A stretch of 56,919 nucleotides of DNA, counting the filler, from Dirinaria sp. TL-2023a (taxonomy: Eukaryota), in the NCBI GenBank assembly GCA_051941275.1. It is 2 parts of 2 records of this genome, joined end to end, with 100 filler letters (N's around TTAATTAATTAA, not from the genome) between each part and the next. Parts side by side here need not be neighbours in the genome. Positions count along the whole stretch, not along the records: positions 1 to 28,468 come from JAVEBF010000125.1; 1 more part is not named here. The stretch is one strand, 5' to 3'. Shown here one piece after another: positions 12,814 through 24,427 of the stretch. The notes under the pieces were generated by a model. That model had not been told where the DNA came from. It ran no database searches and was given only the letters and a program-made list of their open reading frames with translations. How positions within the stretch are numbered: position 1 is the first letter of the stretch; every line of letters begins with the position of its first letter. A program made the position numbers and the translations under genes.

Positions 12814-13620
12814 TTCAGAAGATGATGGTTCATGCATGGAGCTGGGGCTTGCATCGATGACCCTGCCGATGTGGTCCCAATAATAAGCATTTAACCGACG
12901 ATAAGCCAAATGTTCCAAAGCTTCAATGGTTGCCCCGTATCCCCACTGTCTACTCATTTTCCGGTAGTAGCTCTGTTCCTTTTTTGGATTCTGATATAGT
13001 TAGACTAGCTGAGCACGCGGGTTATGGTGAGTGGCCTTGGTTGGTGGTGCAAAACCGTAGAGGCGTAGTGACGATCGATGCTACAGAGGCCGATGTCGAG
13101 GGGAAACCCGTCTTAAAATTACGAGTCTGAAACTCATCTCGAATCAATGACGTCCAATAATTCGCCCGGCTTCTGTATAGTTCGTCCCCGCCGCCGCTCT
13201 TGTTACCAATCAAAAAAGTCAAACACGCACCCCGACTACGAGAGGAAAAAAGAAAAGAAAACTCATAAAGATAGATAGCGTAACTGCGACGATGGAAATG
13301 ATGCAAAATTAGAAGATGTTTAGGAGCTCAGAGTAGAAGACCGTCTTAAGGAAACCTTAGCTAACCCCTGAATCCTGAGTCTCTAAGGAGACTTCAATGA
13401 TAAACCGTAGCCTCCTCGAACCGCCGAGAGCCATATAATAATGCCTATCCTAATGTCGCTACTGGCGACAGGCCTTATCTGTATTCGAGTCATTTGAAGC
13501 GTACTTAATGTGCGCTTGCTGCGCCCTCTGGTATTAAGTAAGTTACCTAGGTTAGGGGGGAGTTTCGAACGACCTACGACTTTTAGCACTGTTGCGCACA
13601 TATGCGTCCGGGAATGAAGT
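12814..13620 (-). pseudogene. Possible degenerate gene relic
   Basis: Exon-like 12814-12990 flanked by CTAAC..CAG and GTGAGT reads NPKKEQSYYRKMSRQWGYGATIEALEHLAYRRLNAYYWDHIGRVID. Upstream frames are interrupted by TAA/TAG. No homology recognised. Confidence 0.25.
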
Positions 13621-13871
13621 GGGCGAAGAAAAACCTGCTCGATAGAACTTGTTTCCAGATCAGTACCTCAAGTTCCAATAGGTCTTTCCTACTGAACAGT
13701 CAATAACCAATCACCTGCGTGCCATTTTCAGGTATATCAAGTATGCAAAACGAGCATAGGTTGTACATTGCCATCGTTTGAGCGCTCAATTCAGAGTGTT
13801 TCGGTCGACGCTCGATTAAGTGCAATAAAATTGATTGTGAAGCGCAGATTCAGGGAAGGAGGATTTCTCAT

Positions 13872-14924
13872 TCACTGATGTCTAGCAATGACCTCGTGTA
13901 CCTGCTCACGAATGCTTTGCTTCCTAGCATCGTTACACCAACTGCCGTTCACAGCAGCTCCGACTATGCTCTCCCAGTCTGTCGCCGACAAATTGAAAGC
14001 ATCTTGCACTGCGCAATAGTTGTCCAAAACGTAGCCTCCAAAGTAGGCTGGATCATCAGAGTTAATGGAGAAGGGAACACCAGCATCCAGGAAACGTCTC
14101 ACGGGAAGCTCGCTCACTTCTTTCACACATTGCAACCTTACATTGGATAAGGGACACATGGTTACCAGTAGCTTTCGCTCTGCCACCTGGTGCATCAGAT
14201 TCTCATCCTCGGCTAGCCGGATGCCGTGATCAATACGTTCTACGTCGAGATCTCGAATTGCCTCACTGATATATTCGACTGGACCTTCCTCACCAGCATG
14301 CGCTGTGCGACGGATCCCGGACGCTTTTGCCTGCTGGTAGACACCTTGCCACGCGCCAGGCGGAAAGCCCTTCTCACTCGAGTCGAGCCCTATGCCAGCA
14401 AGGATACTGCTCTCCAAATCGCTTTTGGCGTTTGCGAACAAGCTCTCGGCTTCACTTACCGGCAAGTGCCTGAGAAAGCACAATATGAGCATGGTGCTGA
14501 TGCCTAGTTCGGTCTCAGCCCTCTTGCATGCGCTGATGAACCCGTCCCTGACCGTCGAGTAGGCAATTCCTCTTCCGGTATGAGCCTGCGGGTCGAAAAA
14601 CACTTCGGCGTGAACGACACCATCTGCCTTGGCTCGAAGGAAGTACTGAAAAGCCAATTCCTCAAAGTCTTGTTCGTGAATCAGAACGCCCATGCCGATA
14701 AAGTAATAATGAAGAAAATCATCGAGAGAAGCAAATCGGGAGTAACGATCAAGGAGCGCAGCTGGTGATGCGAATGACGGGTCATCAGAGGCAGAAGGCA
14801 GAGCAATCTTGTTTCGAGCAGCCAGCATGAAGAGCAGTTGCGGAGACAGTGATCCTTCGAGATGCATGTGGTGTTCGCATTTTGGGAGAGAGACAAGCAG
14901 CGGATGCAGAGCCGAGCGGCACAT
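13872..14924 (-). CDS. AAH1: Adenine deaminase (adenosine/AMP deaminase family), 350 aa, intronless
   Basis: LPKCEHHMHLEG, EVFFDPQAH, AHAGEEG, RIDHG, CPLSN and SINSDDPAYFGGY motifs typical of fungal Aah1. Confidence 0.92.
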   Translation of the reverse strand: MCRSALHPLLVSLPKCEHHMHLEGSLSPQLLFMLAARNKIALPSASDDPSFASPAALLDRYSRFASLDDFLHYYFIGMGVLIHEQDFEELAFQYFLRAKADGVVHAEVFFDPQAHTGRGIAYSTVRDGFISACKRAETELGISTMLILCFLRHLPVSEAESLFANAKSDLESSILAGIGLDSSEKGFPPGAWQGVYQQAKASGIRRTAHAGEEGPVEYISEAIRDLDVERIDHGIRLAEDENLMHQVAERKLLVTMCPLSNVRLQCVKEVSELPVRRFLDAGVPFSINSDDPAYFGGYVLDNYCAVQDAFNLSATDWESIVGAAVNGSWCNDARKQSIREQVHEVIARHQ

Positions 14925-14953
14925 TATTCCTTAGGGATAGAGGACGATTAACT

Positions 14954-15005
14954 CGGGCTTTGCCGGGCTTTGCTGATCTTTGCTGGACTTTGCTCTGGGC
15001 TTTGC
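14954..15005. repeat. Degenerate 10-bp minisatellite (core CTTTGC x5) just upstream of the AAH1 ATG
   Basis: CTTTGC at 14958, 14968, 14978, 14988 and 15000. Confidence 0.85.
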
Positions 15006-15290
15006 TGCATTCGTGAATCGCACGAGATAAGCTAGTCGTGTTCCTCGAGTCAAGGACGTCGTTCTCGGGGTTTCAATCGCCTGCAGTTTGACAAATAGAC
15101 TTCGCTGTGATAAGTGAGATTGTGTGCCGTAAAGAAGCAGTACAAGTACGAGACAGGCAGCCGATGGGATGATGGCGGTCCTGAAAGTAATAAGAAGGCA
15201 GTAGTGTGGACCCCTACTTGAACTTACGAGACTGAAAGCAGGATAGGCATGGGTAGATCACTACTGTGTGCTGTCCTCGTACTGTACCGT

Positions 15291-15351
15291 GCTACCTTAC
15301 CTACCTTACATGTACCTTACCCTCGCTACCTTACCTTAGGTATCTTACCTT
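15291..15351. promoter_or_regulatory. TACCT(TA) motif cluster in the AAH1/TF divergent region
   Basis: About seven TACCT copies, including TACCTTAGGTA at 15332-15342. Function unknown. Confidence 0.5.
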
Positions 15352-16649
15352 GCTGATAGCCCACTTGGGCTACTTCAGGCGGGCGAGCCGAACAACCCGA
15401 ACTAGGAATGGTGCACATTGGACTGGGCTCAGTGATGACTAATAAGACCGCCTACATTCAATATTTTGTATGCACACAATCAACGGTGGTGCACCTCATC
15501 CTGTGCAGGGCATCGTTGTACCACGCGGTTGTGAGCCTGATGGACGACGAGTCAAATAAGGAATAATTATTGAAAATGCCAGTCACGATAATCACAGTAT
15601 CAGGTACCTTACATAGGTACATAGGTACTTTAAGGAGTCTCGTACATGGCAGATTACTCCGTACCTTATTACTGATCCTCCGCAGCGTTCCGGTAGCCGA
15701 AGCGACAGCCGTGAACAACGAGAGGAGGGGATGGATTCCGATGGTAGTCGCGGCGCTTGCTGATCATTTTAATGCCCATCATCAGCTTAGTACCAGCTAG
15801 CCCCAACCAAGCCGCCCCTTTCGACGAATGCTGAAAGTCTAACGGAACCTTCATCTCGATCTCACGTCCCGGTTAGCCACAAGCATTATCACTCTTCCTC
15901 GCTTGTGATCCATGTTCGGCGATCTGGCTCCGACAGCGCACGACGTGCTTGGAGATCAATGGCTCGCTGGCCATTATTAGCTGTCGGTACTGGGGGCCTC
16001 GGTTCCTTTCGTCGCTCCTTTCATCGGTGAAGATGGTCCATTTACTTTGACTATCCGCCGACCCACAGACAGTAGGTAAGTGGTAGTAGATGGTTAAGGT
16101 AGCATTCAATAAGGTGTGTACCTGTGGTATCGACTATCCGCTCAACGCTTCTTGTCTCCGCCCGCACGACAAACTTAAGATTGCAAGACAATGAGGGCTT
16201 GCATAGAAACCTACCGACCTTAATGCGGCATCGGTTTCGTGTAGGAATACGGTCCATTTAAAGGAACTTGGAATAAGTGGAAACATTAATGATGTACCAG
16301 ACACAAATATAGCACTACGTGGTTTGACCGCTACCAGTTTGATGTTCTATGGTTCAGGATGGTTTGGATCATGCAGCTGGCAGCGAACACACAGTAGACT
16401 GGACATGAACCCCTGCAGCAGCTATCCGCTGCCGTGGGCGCTCGGCAGGTGACTGCAAAAGTGGGAAGAATCAAGAATGATAAGATGACAGCAGCTGGTG
16501 GCAGAGATTTGCCTGCAACATTCAGGGATTGAGTGAGGAGTTCATCCTTCGCGCTGATGTCGCTAAGGATGCAATAATTAATGGATAGTAGTGTTCTTGA
16601 GTTGCATCTGTACGTATACCTTACTCGGGCTTGCTCTAGGTAGTTACTT

Positions 16650-16770
16650 GGGGGTGGTGTGGGTGTGGGTGTGTGGTGTGTGTGTGTGTGGGTGTGTGGG
16701 TGGGTGGTGGGTTTGGGTATGTGTGTGTAGCTAGTACACACCTTCTTTCTGTGTGTTGTGTGCTGTGTGT
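16650..16770. repeat. Imperfect (GT)n/(GGGT)n microsatellite
   Basis: Direct reading of TG-rich low-complexity sequence. Confidence 0.9.
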
Positions 16771-18667
16771 CCGCGCGTCCGTGTGGCGCCCGCTTGGGAA
16801 TAAAAAGCCTGCCAAAGTGCCAAGAGAAAAAAACAAAAAGCCAAGCTGCAGAGATCATAGATCGCGGAAAAGCATCGAAAGGGATGACCCGAGATCTGCA
16901 TTGGCCATTGATTGGGGCCAAGACGATTGTGCTAGAAATGGTACCTTTACTGGATCCAGCTAAAGCGTGGAGACGCTTAGTGTCAAGCGACGTCTCGGTT
17001 CCAGCAGCCTAAGGTCCTGCCTAGCCTTATGTCTGCGTCAGGCATCATGCTGGTCTGTGCTTCCCTTTCCTGTTCTTCCCCTAAACCAGACCGGATCTCA
17101 CTAAGGTAGAAGGAGGTAATAATAATAATTAACCAGAACCAGAACCAGGTACCTACCCCGTACGGCTGCACTACCGTACGTAAGGTACAGTAGTAGAAGT
17201 CAAGTACATGTACACCCAGAGGCTTGTATCATGTATGCCACAAAATCTCTCATTAGGTCAGCCAGAACACGAGGTCGTGCATGACAGGTGGTCGAATCCG
17301 AACCACACAGAACCAACATCCCCAATCTCCCATTGCTCTCATGGTTCCTGTCTGGCGTCTTTTCCCACGATCTGCATCCTGTTGCTCACCTGCCCCTTCG
17401 AGCGAACCCTGGCCTGTCAATCCGGCAGCAAGCGGCTGTGATCCGGTCAGTGGTTAGCCAATCGTGCTCCTCGCCGAACCGATCGAGTCTTCCCAGAGGC
17501 GGGGATAGGCGATAGTCCGCTGGCACTGTGGTCGTTATTGCTGAAGAAACAAGGTGGAAGACGGTTCCGTTGCTGTCTGTCCGTCTCGGATGACGGCCAG
17601 CGCAATTCACGGGCTTCGGACGTCCAAATAGAAAATCTTGTCTTCCCACTTCGAGCAGTGCAGTACGGACGTCGGCATGCCAGATCTCAAACCAGCCTTC
17701 CCAATCGGAATCTGGGAACAGTTGGCCTATATCCTTGGAACACATCGTCACATGAGGCAAGGCTGCCAACGTGTCATCATCCCTCCTCCTCCCCCCCTTT
17801 TACGCTGCGCACGTGATCCGCACCAAGGATCCGGCAGTGGTGGGATCGGCATAGATGATGATCTGCCCGAACCAAAGTACTGAGTCGAGCATCTTGCCTT
17901 AACTCGCTAGTCATGATCTACTGCGCTGTCAATCATCGTTGCTGTTGCTGCTAGCCGGCACACGAATCTAGACCTTCCAGAGCGTTCAGACCTCTCGGGC
18001 GTCGCCATTGCGGCTGTCGTCACCCCAGAATACTCTCTGGCTCTCCCCCTTTCCGATAACCGACAGCCATTGGATTACCGAACGACCGTTCGAACCAGGA
18101 TTATTATTGATTGCCTGCATGAGTTTTCCCCTCCTGCACTACAGAGTACAGTGGCATGTGAGGGATGCCAGATGCCAGCCAATATCAAAGGCTTCCCTTG
18201 CAGCCCTCCGGCTAGCACAGCAATTGGGAGACGATTCCTGAATGTGGCAATAGATCTGTATCCGCGATATATCATCATCGCCCGCGGTCTAAAACTACCT
18301 TAACCTGCAGTCCCCCGCTGCCCATCACCCGCGCCGGGCGACTCGAAGGTTTTCCATTAGCTGCCGGCCAGATCGGGGTGAAGTGTGACCCGCTTAAATG
18401 GCGTTGCCCTAAAGCAACCTTCTTTACCTCCCATAAGGCACCTGGTCGCTTGAGAAGTCATTAGTTCGACGTATGCCCTTGTGTCCTGACCCTACACGAC
18501 GGATTCACTCCTCTGGTAGCCAGCATAATTGCCGTGCTATTCCCTTCCATCGACGCACACCCTTTTCACAGTCGTGTCCGGGACTCAGAGCGTAGCCATG
18601 TCGATGCTGGAGACATGGGATTGACGCGCTAGCCAATGCTTCGAAGTGGAAGCAGGAACAGATCAAT

Positions 18668-21257
18668 ATGCCAGACCCGGAGCCCAATTTGTCCCAGAAT
18701 TTCCACCGCTCACGTTCTTTGGCTTCTCCTGGTGATGTTTCTTCAACACCGTCAAGTCCATCTGTCAATAGCCCTTTCCAGGGAGCTGTTGCTAGCATGA
18801 TGCACTCTGGGGCCACTAGTCGACCATCCAGTGGTCCCGACCCCTCGCAGATGAACCACGGCTCGATGCCACCGGCGCTGGAGTTCAAAGCTCCCAATTA
18901 TCACCATCCCTACAACGTAGGTCCGACCAGCTCTGCGTTCGCACAGCCTGGATATCCAGATATCTCCGCGCACAGCGCTTCCCGAGGTGCGACTCCAGGT
19001 ACATCGAATGCACATCTACCCCCATTGAATCTACAAGCTCAGAAAAGGGCCTACCGCCAGCGACGGAAGGACCCGAGCTGCGATGCCTGCCGTGAGCGTA
19101 AAGTCAAGGTTAGTTCAACTACGTGGCTCTGACACAGACATGTCTTGCATTACGGCTGGGCTAAGCCCATCTACAGTGCGATGCCACTGACACGACGAGT
19201 TGCTCTGAATGCTCCAGCCGAAACGTCAAATGCCAATTTACAAAGGAGACAAATAGGCGAATGTCCTCCATCAAGTCAGTATCTGAATGAAAGGTTTGTC
19301 CCGCAGTGTCTGATTTAGATCTCTAGACAAGTCCAAGACTTGGAGAAGCAATTATCCCATGCGAGGAAGCAGCTGCACGAACTCCGAGCCGTGGCAAAGG
19401 AAGGGACTTCGGCACATCATAGTGCACATAGTCTCCCCAGTGAGCATGTCTCCGAGGTCAAGAACGGCCAAGCCAGGAGACCGAAACCTATCATCAAGCA
19501 AGATCTTTCGCGAGTCCGCTCAAGCTTGCGAAAGGTTGGGGCTGGAGTATTCAAGCCTCCATTCCCTTACAACTTGCAAGCATTCAATCAGCCAAACTCA
19601 AACGCGGAAGTACCAGAGTTACCTCACAAGCATGTCGCCGATGAGATTCTAAGCCAATATCGTGCAACCTTTCATGCAACACTGCCGTTGTTACATTGGC
19701 CATCTTTCATCCAGCAATACGATGCTGTTTATAGGGAAGGCTCGTTTCGATCTGTAAGTCGTATATGGGGAGCTCTTTTCTTCGCCGTGCTCGGATGCGG
19801 GACGCTTCATCGGGTCCGCCAGGATGGTCAACGCTTCCTCGACGCATCCAAAAGTATGATCGATCCGTGGGACGAGGACCTCTCGCTCGACCACGCTCGC
19901 TGTACTTTATTAGTTAGCATTCTTCTAGTCGAATTGAACTTCAAATCTGCTGGCTGGATTTGGCTCGGCAATGCCGTTCGTATCGCACAGGATATTGGGC
20001 TACACCACGAGTCTCAGTCATGGCCGTGTGCTGAGGATGAGATGCGAAGGCGCGTTTGGTGGAGTATCTATGCTTGTGACCGGTCAGTAATTGCAACATG
20101 ACCTGGAAGGACACCACCTGATTCCCAACAGATTGCTGGCCCTTGAATTTGGGAAGCCTCCCATAATTGACGATTCAGACTGCGATATAGGGCTGCCACA
20201 TCCGGTGGACGACGAGAGTATACCTTCGACAGGAAGATGGACGCCCCCTGCTTCGTCACTTTCAGCGTCACCAATGCTTGCAACTTTCGAAGTCACCACA
20301 GCGATTTCGAGGGTACTTCGGGCATTGAGAACGTCAGTCTTTTCCGATGTGACCTTAAAAGCCTATGACTCGCTCTTTGCCAACTGTATGGCAACTTTCC
20401 CGCCCCATCACCAGCTTCGTATCAACGAATACATCCACGTTTACGCCCTGCCTCCGTTGATTTATTTACAAAGCGCCCGCTTGATGCTTCATCGCCATAA
20501 CCTTACCCCTTCATGCCGATTCAGCGAACGCAGTGCTGCAATCGATCGCTGCCTCTCAGTGGCGCAGGATACTTTCCAACTCCTCGCTCGATGCATGCAA
20601 GAGCCGCCGTCAATGCCAAGCTCGCCAGGATCCCAAGACACATGGGAGACACGTCTTAGATCAGCAGCAAGTGCATTTCTCTGCACACACATCTGGCGTT
20701 GCACGCTGTTCCTGTGTTTTCGAGGCGACTACAATGCCGCTCTGCTCTGCACCCGTGCCAGCTCTTTGATCGGCGATGTAAGGCCTGTGAATGTGGCGTG
20801 TGGACGGTATTTGGACTTCTTCCTCCGACGCCTGGTCGCTAAAATCCAACAAGGCGAAGGCGCGTACCTTGAGAGTGACGAGGAAATGATGGCGTACGTG
20901 TCTGGCGACCTCCAGGGCAACGTCGGGTCATCTTGGGTCTGGCAAGGTGCCGAGAACGAGGCCCGGGTTAGCCCTACTGTGCATAGTCCCTTCGTTGCAG
21001 AACAGCGAAGCTCCAGTACCGGGAGCGGGTCGTCAGCTATTCGTGAAGGCGTCATTGAATGGTCAGGGTGGGAAGGCATTCTCGAAACTCTGAGTCGGCT
21101 GGCACAGGAACACGGTTCTCCAGCACAGCACTTACACGAGGGATTCACAACCCGTGTGCAGGGCAACTCGGTGCAGCTCGTGCCGTCGGACGACCCCGAG
21201 CATCCGCAATTGATCCCGTTCAAATCTAGCCGAATGCACATTGCGAACATCATATAG
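18668..21257 (+). CDS. Zn(II)2Cys6 transcription factor with fungal-specific TF middle domain (4 exons; start uncertain)
   Basis: Introns 19109-19176, 19275-19326 and 20083-20131 give [31 protein letters not shown], a coiled coil, then [11 protein letters not shown]...[24 protein letters not shown]. Confidence 0.93.
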
Positions 21258-22675
21258 ATATAGGTGGGTGGGACTGGGTGCTGCTTGGCCAGTGTCCGGC
21301 CACAGATTTGGCCCCACGCACTAATAGGATATTATGTACATAATACTTAAGATCTGCATGGAGGGAGGTGCATTTTGGGCTCCACATGTACTGTATGTAT
21401 AAAGAAGGGAAGTACCTTAAGGTAAGTACTTACTGATCGTCTGCGGCATCTGGCGTTCAGTAGCAACAAGGCAAGTGGGGCTGGTGAGCGCCAATAGAAA
21501 GTAACAGAAGGTATTTCTAGACTCGTGATCCTCCCATTAAATAATGTGGCTCTGGGCCTAGAGCCCCTCATAGAAAGCACATTACTACTGTCCAAGATTC
21601 TAAGTACTAACAGCTTGACGACGTCTATCATAGATATGAGATCTGTCGAGCTGATCATGGAGGGACGATCATTGACATGATTCGATGCACGTGCAGCGTT
21701 GTAGACCTCGCGCGACGATTTTCAGAAGTCCAGAGTCCGGAGTCCCTCAACAATAAGGAGGTAAGATCACGATGCGACGGCGAAATACATACAATTGGGG
21801 ATTAATGATACGCGCGCAAAGCAATCGAAGGTCCAGCATGACCCGATGGACTCGGTGAGATCTTGTTCGGCTCGGTGGAAAAATGCGGCGATCCGGTGCG
21901 TCCCGGGTTGTCGGGTTCCGGCATTGAAGATGCCTCGATGCCAAGTAGAGTGGAAGAAGAATAATGCGACGACAGCACACCAAAAACAAAAAAACAAAAA
22001 AAACAAAGAAAAAGAAGCAATCAGCCATGCGCCTAGATTGCTTAGTGATAATACTCAGATTCTGTACTCGTACACAGCCAGTTCGACATCAGGGTTCGCG
22101 AAGACGTGTCTCCTCATCATAATAATGAAGCAAAGCCAATTGGTCGGGGACAAGCCTCGGCCTGGGCTAGGTATGATACTGCAGTAGGTACTGCTATTGC
22201 TATTATTACTACTGTACCTACTACTTCTGATACAATCCCTCGGGCTAAGCACCTAAGGTACCTACCCCACAGCTCGCTGAAACAGGCAAGACGTGAGACG
22301 GGATTCACGGGAGGCTCGGAAGTTCAACCCCAACTGTACTTAAGCCTGCAGGCTGAGCCAGCCAACAACACGGCTATCGCCGCTACCTGTGTGCCTCACC
22401 AATTGTCGACGATTGAAAGATGACTTCAGCTATGACTTCAGCTACGATCATAAATTTCCTCACGCTTGCCAGCCGACTGGATTCCAAAATCGTGTATTCT
22501 TTTCTGATCTCTTATCTCTCTCGTTAACCAGTGTACTTTATTCCAAACTGCACTCGTTACTGCCCCAAACACCTTCGGATCCTTGCTTCCGGATCCTCCG
22601 AACTGCTGCAGTACACTCCTTCTCCACCCCTAATTCACATACAAGCAGAGCTGCGGCGACCGTACTCTGTACATC

Positions 22676-23341
22676 ATGCCCTTCCGAGAACGGGTGAAGC
22701 GGGCCTTTGGCAGGTCCATCAGCGAAGATGGCTCCAACCTTACACAGACGGAATCCAAAGCTTCGACGAAGAAAGCCAAGAAACCGAAAACCCCCAACAA
22801 CGTCTACAAGCCAGGCGAAGTGATGCCCAAACAGAAGTATCGCGGACCCGTCAACAAGGAGCATAAGGAAAAGTTGGATGCCTTTAGCTGGGGCAATGCC
22901 TTCCGGAGACGGGACAGCGACCAGAGCCAGTACAGTCCGATGGGTTCGAGGCTACCGAGCCGTCGTAACAGTCTCTTCGGCAGAAAGAGTCTGGTGCTCA
23001 GGAGTCGGCAGCCAAGCCACGTAGAAGAGCCGGTCATGGAGTCGACGGAAGCGGATGATGATGTCACGAATGGTGAGCGTTGGAGGAGGAGACTTGCCCA
23101 TGCTTGAGGCTGACATGCTGCAGTTGGTTTGTCGAGGGGACATACTCGGGAGGAAAACCAGCGACCTCGAACCCGCGACAGTGACACCATGGACCCACTG
23201 CAGGAGACGCAAACAACCACAAAGGAGAAATTGAATGGCCATGCGAACGGATCAGCCTACGGCCGCCCTTTCACCGAGGACGAGCTCACCCAAGCCATGA
23301 CAAGAACTACATTGAGGCCAGCATCGGCCGGAAAAGATTAA
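22676..23341 (+). CDS. Small basic conserved fungal hypothetical protein (~204 aa, 2 exons)
   Basis: ORF 22676 is spliced at 23073-23123 (GTGAGC...GCTGAC...CAG) into ORF 23129-23341. Motifs VYKPGEVMPKQKYRGP..HKEKLDAFSW and YSPMGSRLPSRRNS. Confidence 0.8.
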
Positions 23342-24427
23342 ATTGTGTACCAATCATACTGTATGGGAACAGGAATAGTGTTCATTACGGACGAACAATA
23401 CTTTACCTTAGGTGTTCATGCGTATCTTCCGAAATTGGCTCACTCGGTTTGGCAGTGGCACAGGCAATGTCGTGGTATCATGGAGATTCAAGGTATATGT
23501 AAATGTAAGGTAGACTTTTATTTCTCTCTTTCGGAGGCTTTGGGGCAAGGTAGCCTCTGATTGGAGGCGGCTATACCAGCCGAACATTGAATATAGAAAT
23601 AACTAGGAACTACATAGATCGACATCATCTGGCTACCCGACCCGGTCTTGTCGAGTTTCATGGTCGAGTTCAAGTTTTGGATCATCAACATCCAGATTCC
23701 AGATCACCTCGCCGGGTCGCTTTCGCGCCCAGCGGAACAGCTGCGCCACAGCTGCGCCACATCAAGATTCCCGTCTGCCCCACTCACATGACGTGACTTG
23801 CGTAGGGAAACGCGCGAGACGGGAACGGGAGACTTGAGTGGTTCCTTGTGACTGGCTTGAGCCAAGATCAAGTCGAGAGCTTTTTCTTCAATTTATGTAC
23901 AGATCAAGAAATATCCTTGTAGGTATGTAGTTTCTACTCGAACTCAATAATTCCCTGCAGCTCACTGGTGAAAGCTTGGTCAAGGGAACGTGCAGAAGAC
24001 AAGTGGGAGGTGTTCAGTAGGGTATTGATGTTTCTGAGAAGGCCCAGAACATGTATCGGCGGGCCTACTAATCACCCGACTATTCCAGATTCAAGCATCG
24101 TGAATGCCGCATGACTTCATAGCCCCTGCTTGCTTGCTCTGAATCAAGTTAATGCCCCTCCGACATCAGCGGCAAGAGTGCGCAAGAGTCAAATCAAGGT
24201 CACCACCATCACTTCATCCTGCCTTACTTTACCTGAAGCTACGTTAGTACTTGAACCGCTCCAGGTGCTTCTCTACCTCTCTCCCTTATCCTGCTACCAC
24301 TGATTCCGATTTCTCAAAGGGACTTCCTCAATCCACACCAGAGGTGTCCCACAGTCTCATACTCCCATCTTCCATTTTTCACTTGGTTGTGACACCTTCC
24401 CTAAGCTAGCACATTAATATCGCCGTC

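Noticed and set aside
16331..17012. His/Thr/Pro-rich 196-aa ORF and its antisense partners
   Set aside because: Generated by the GT microsatellite.
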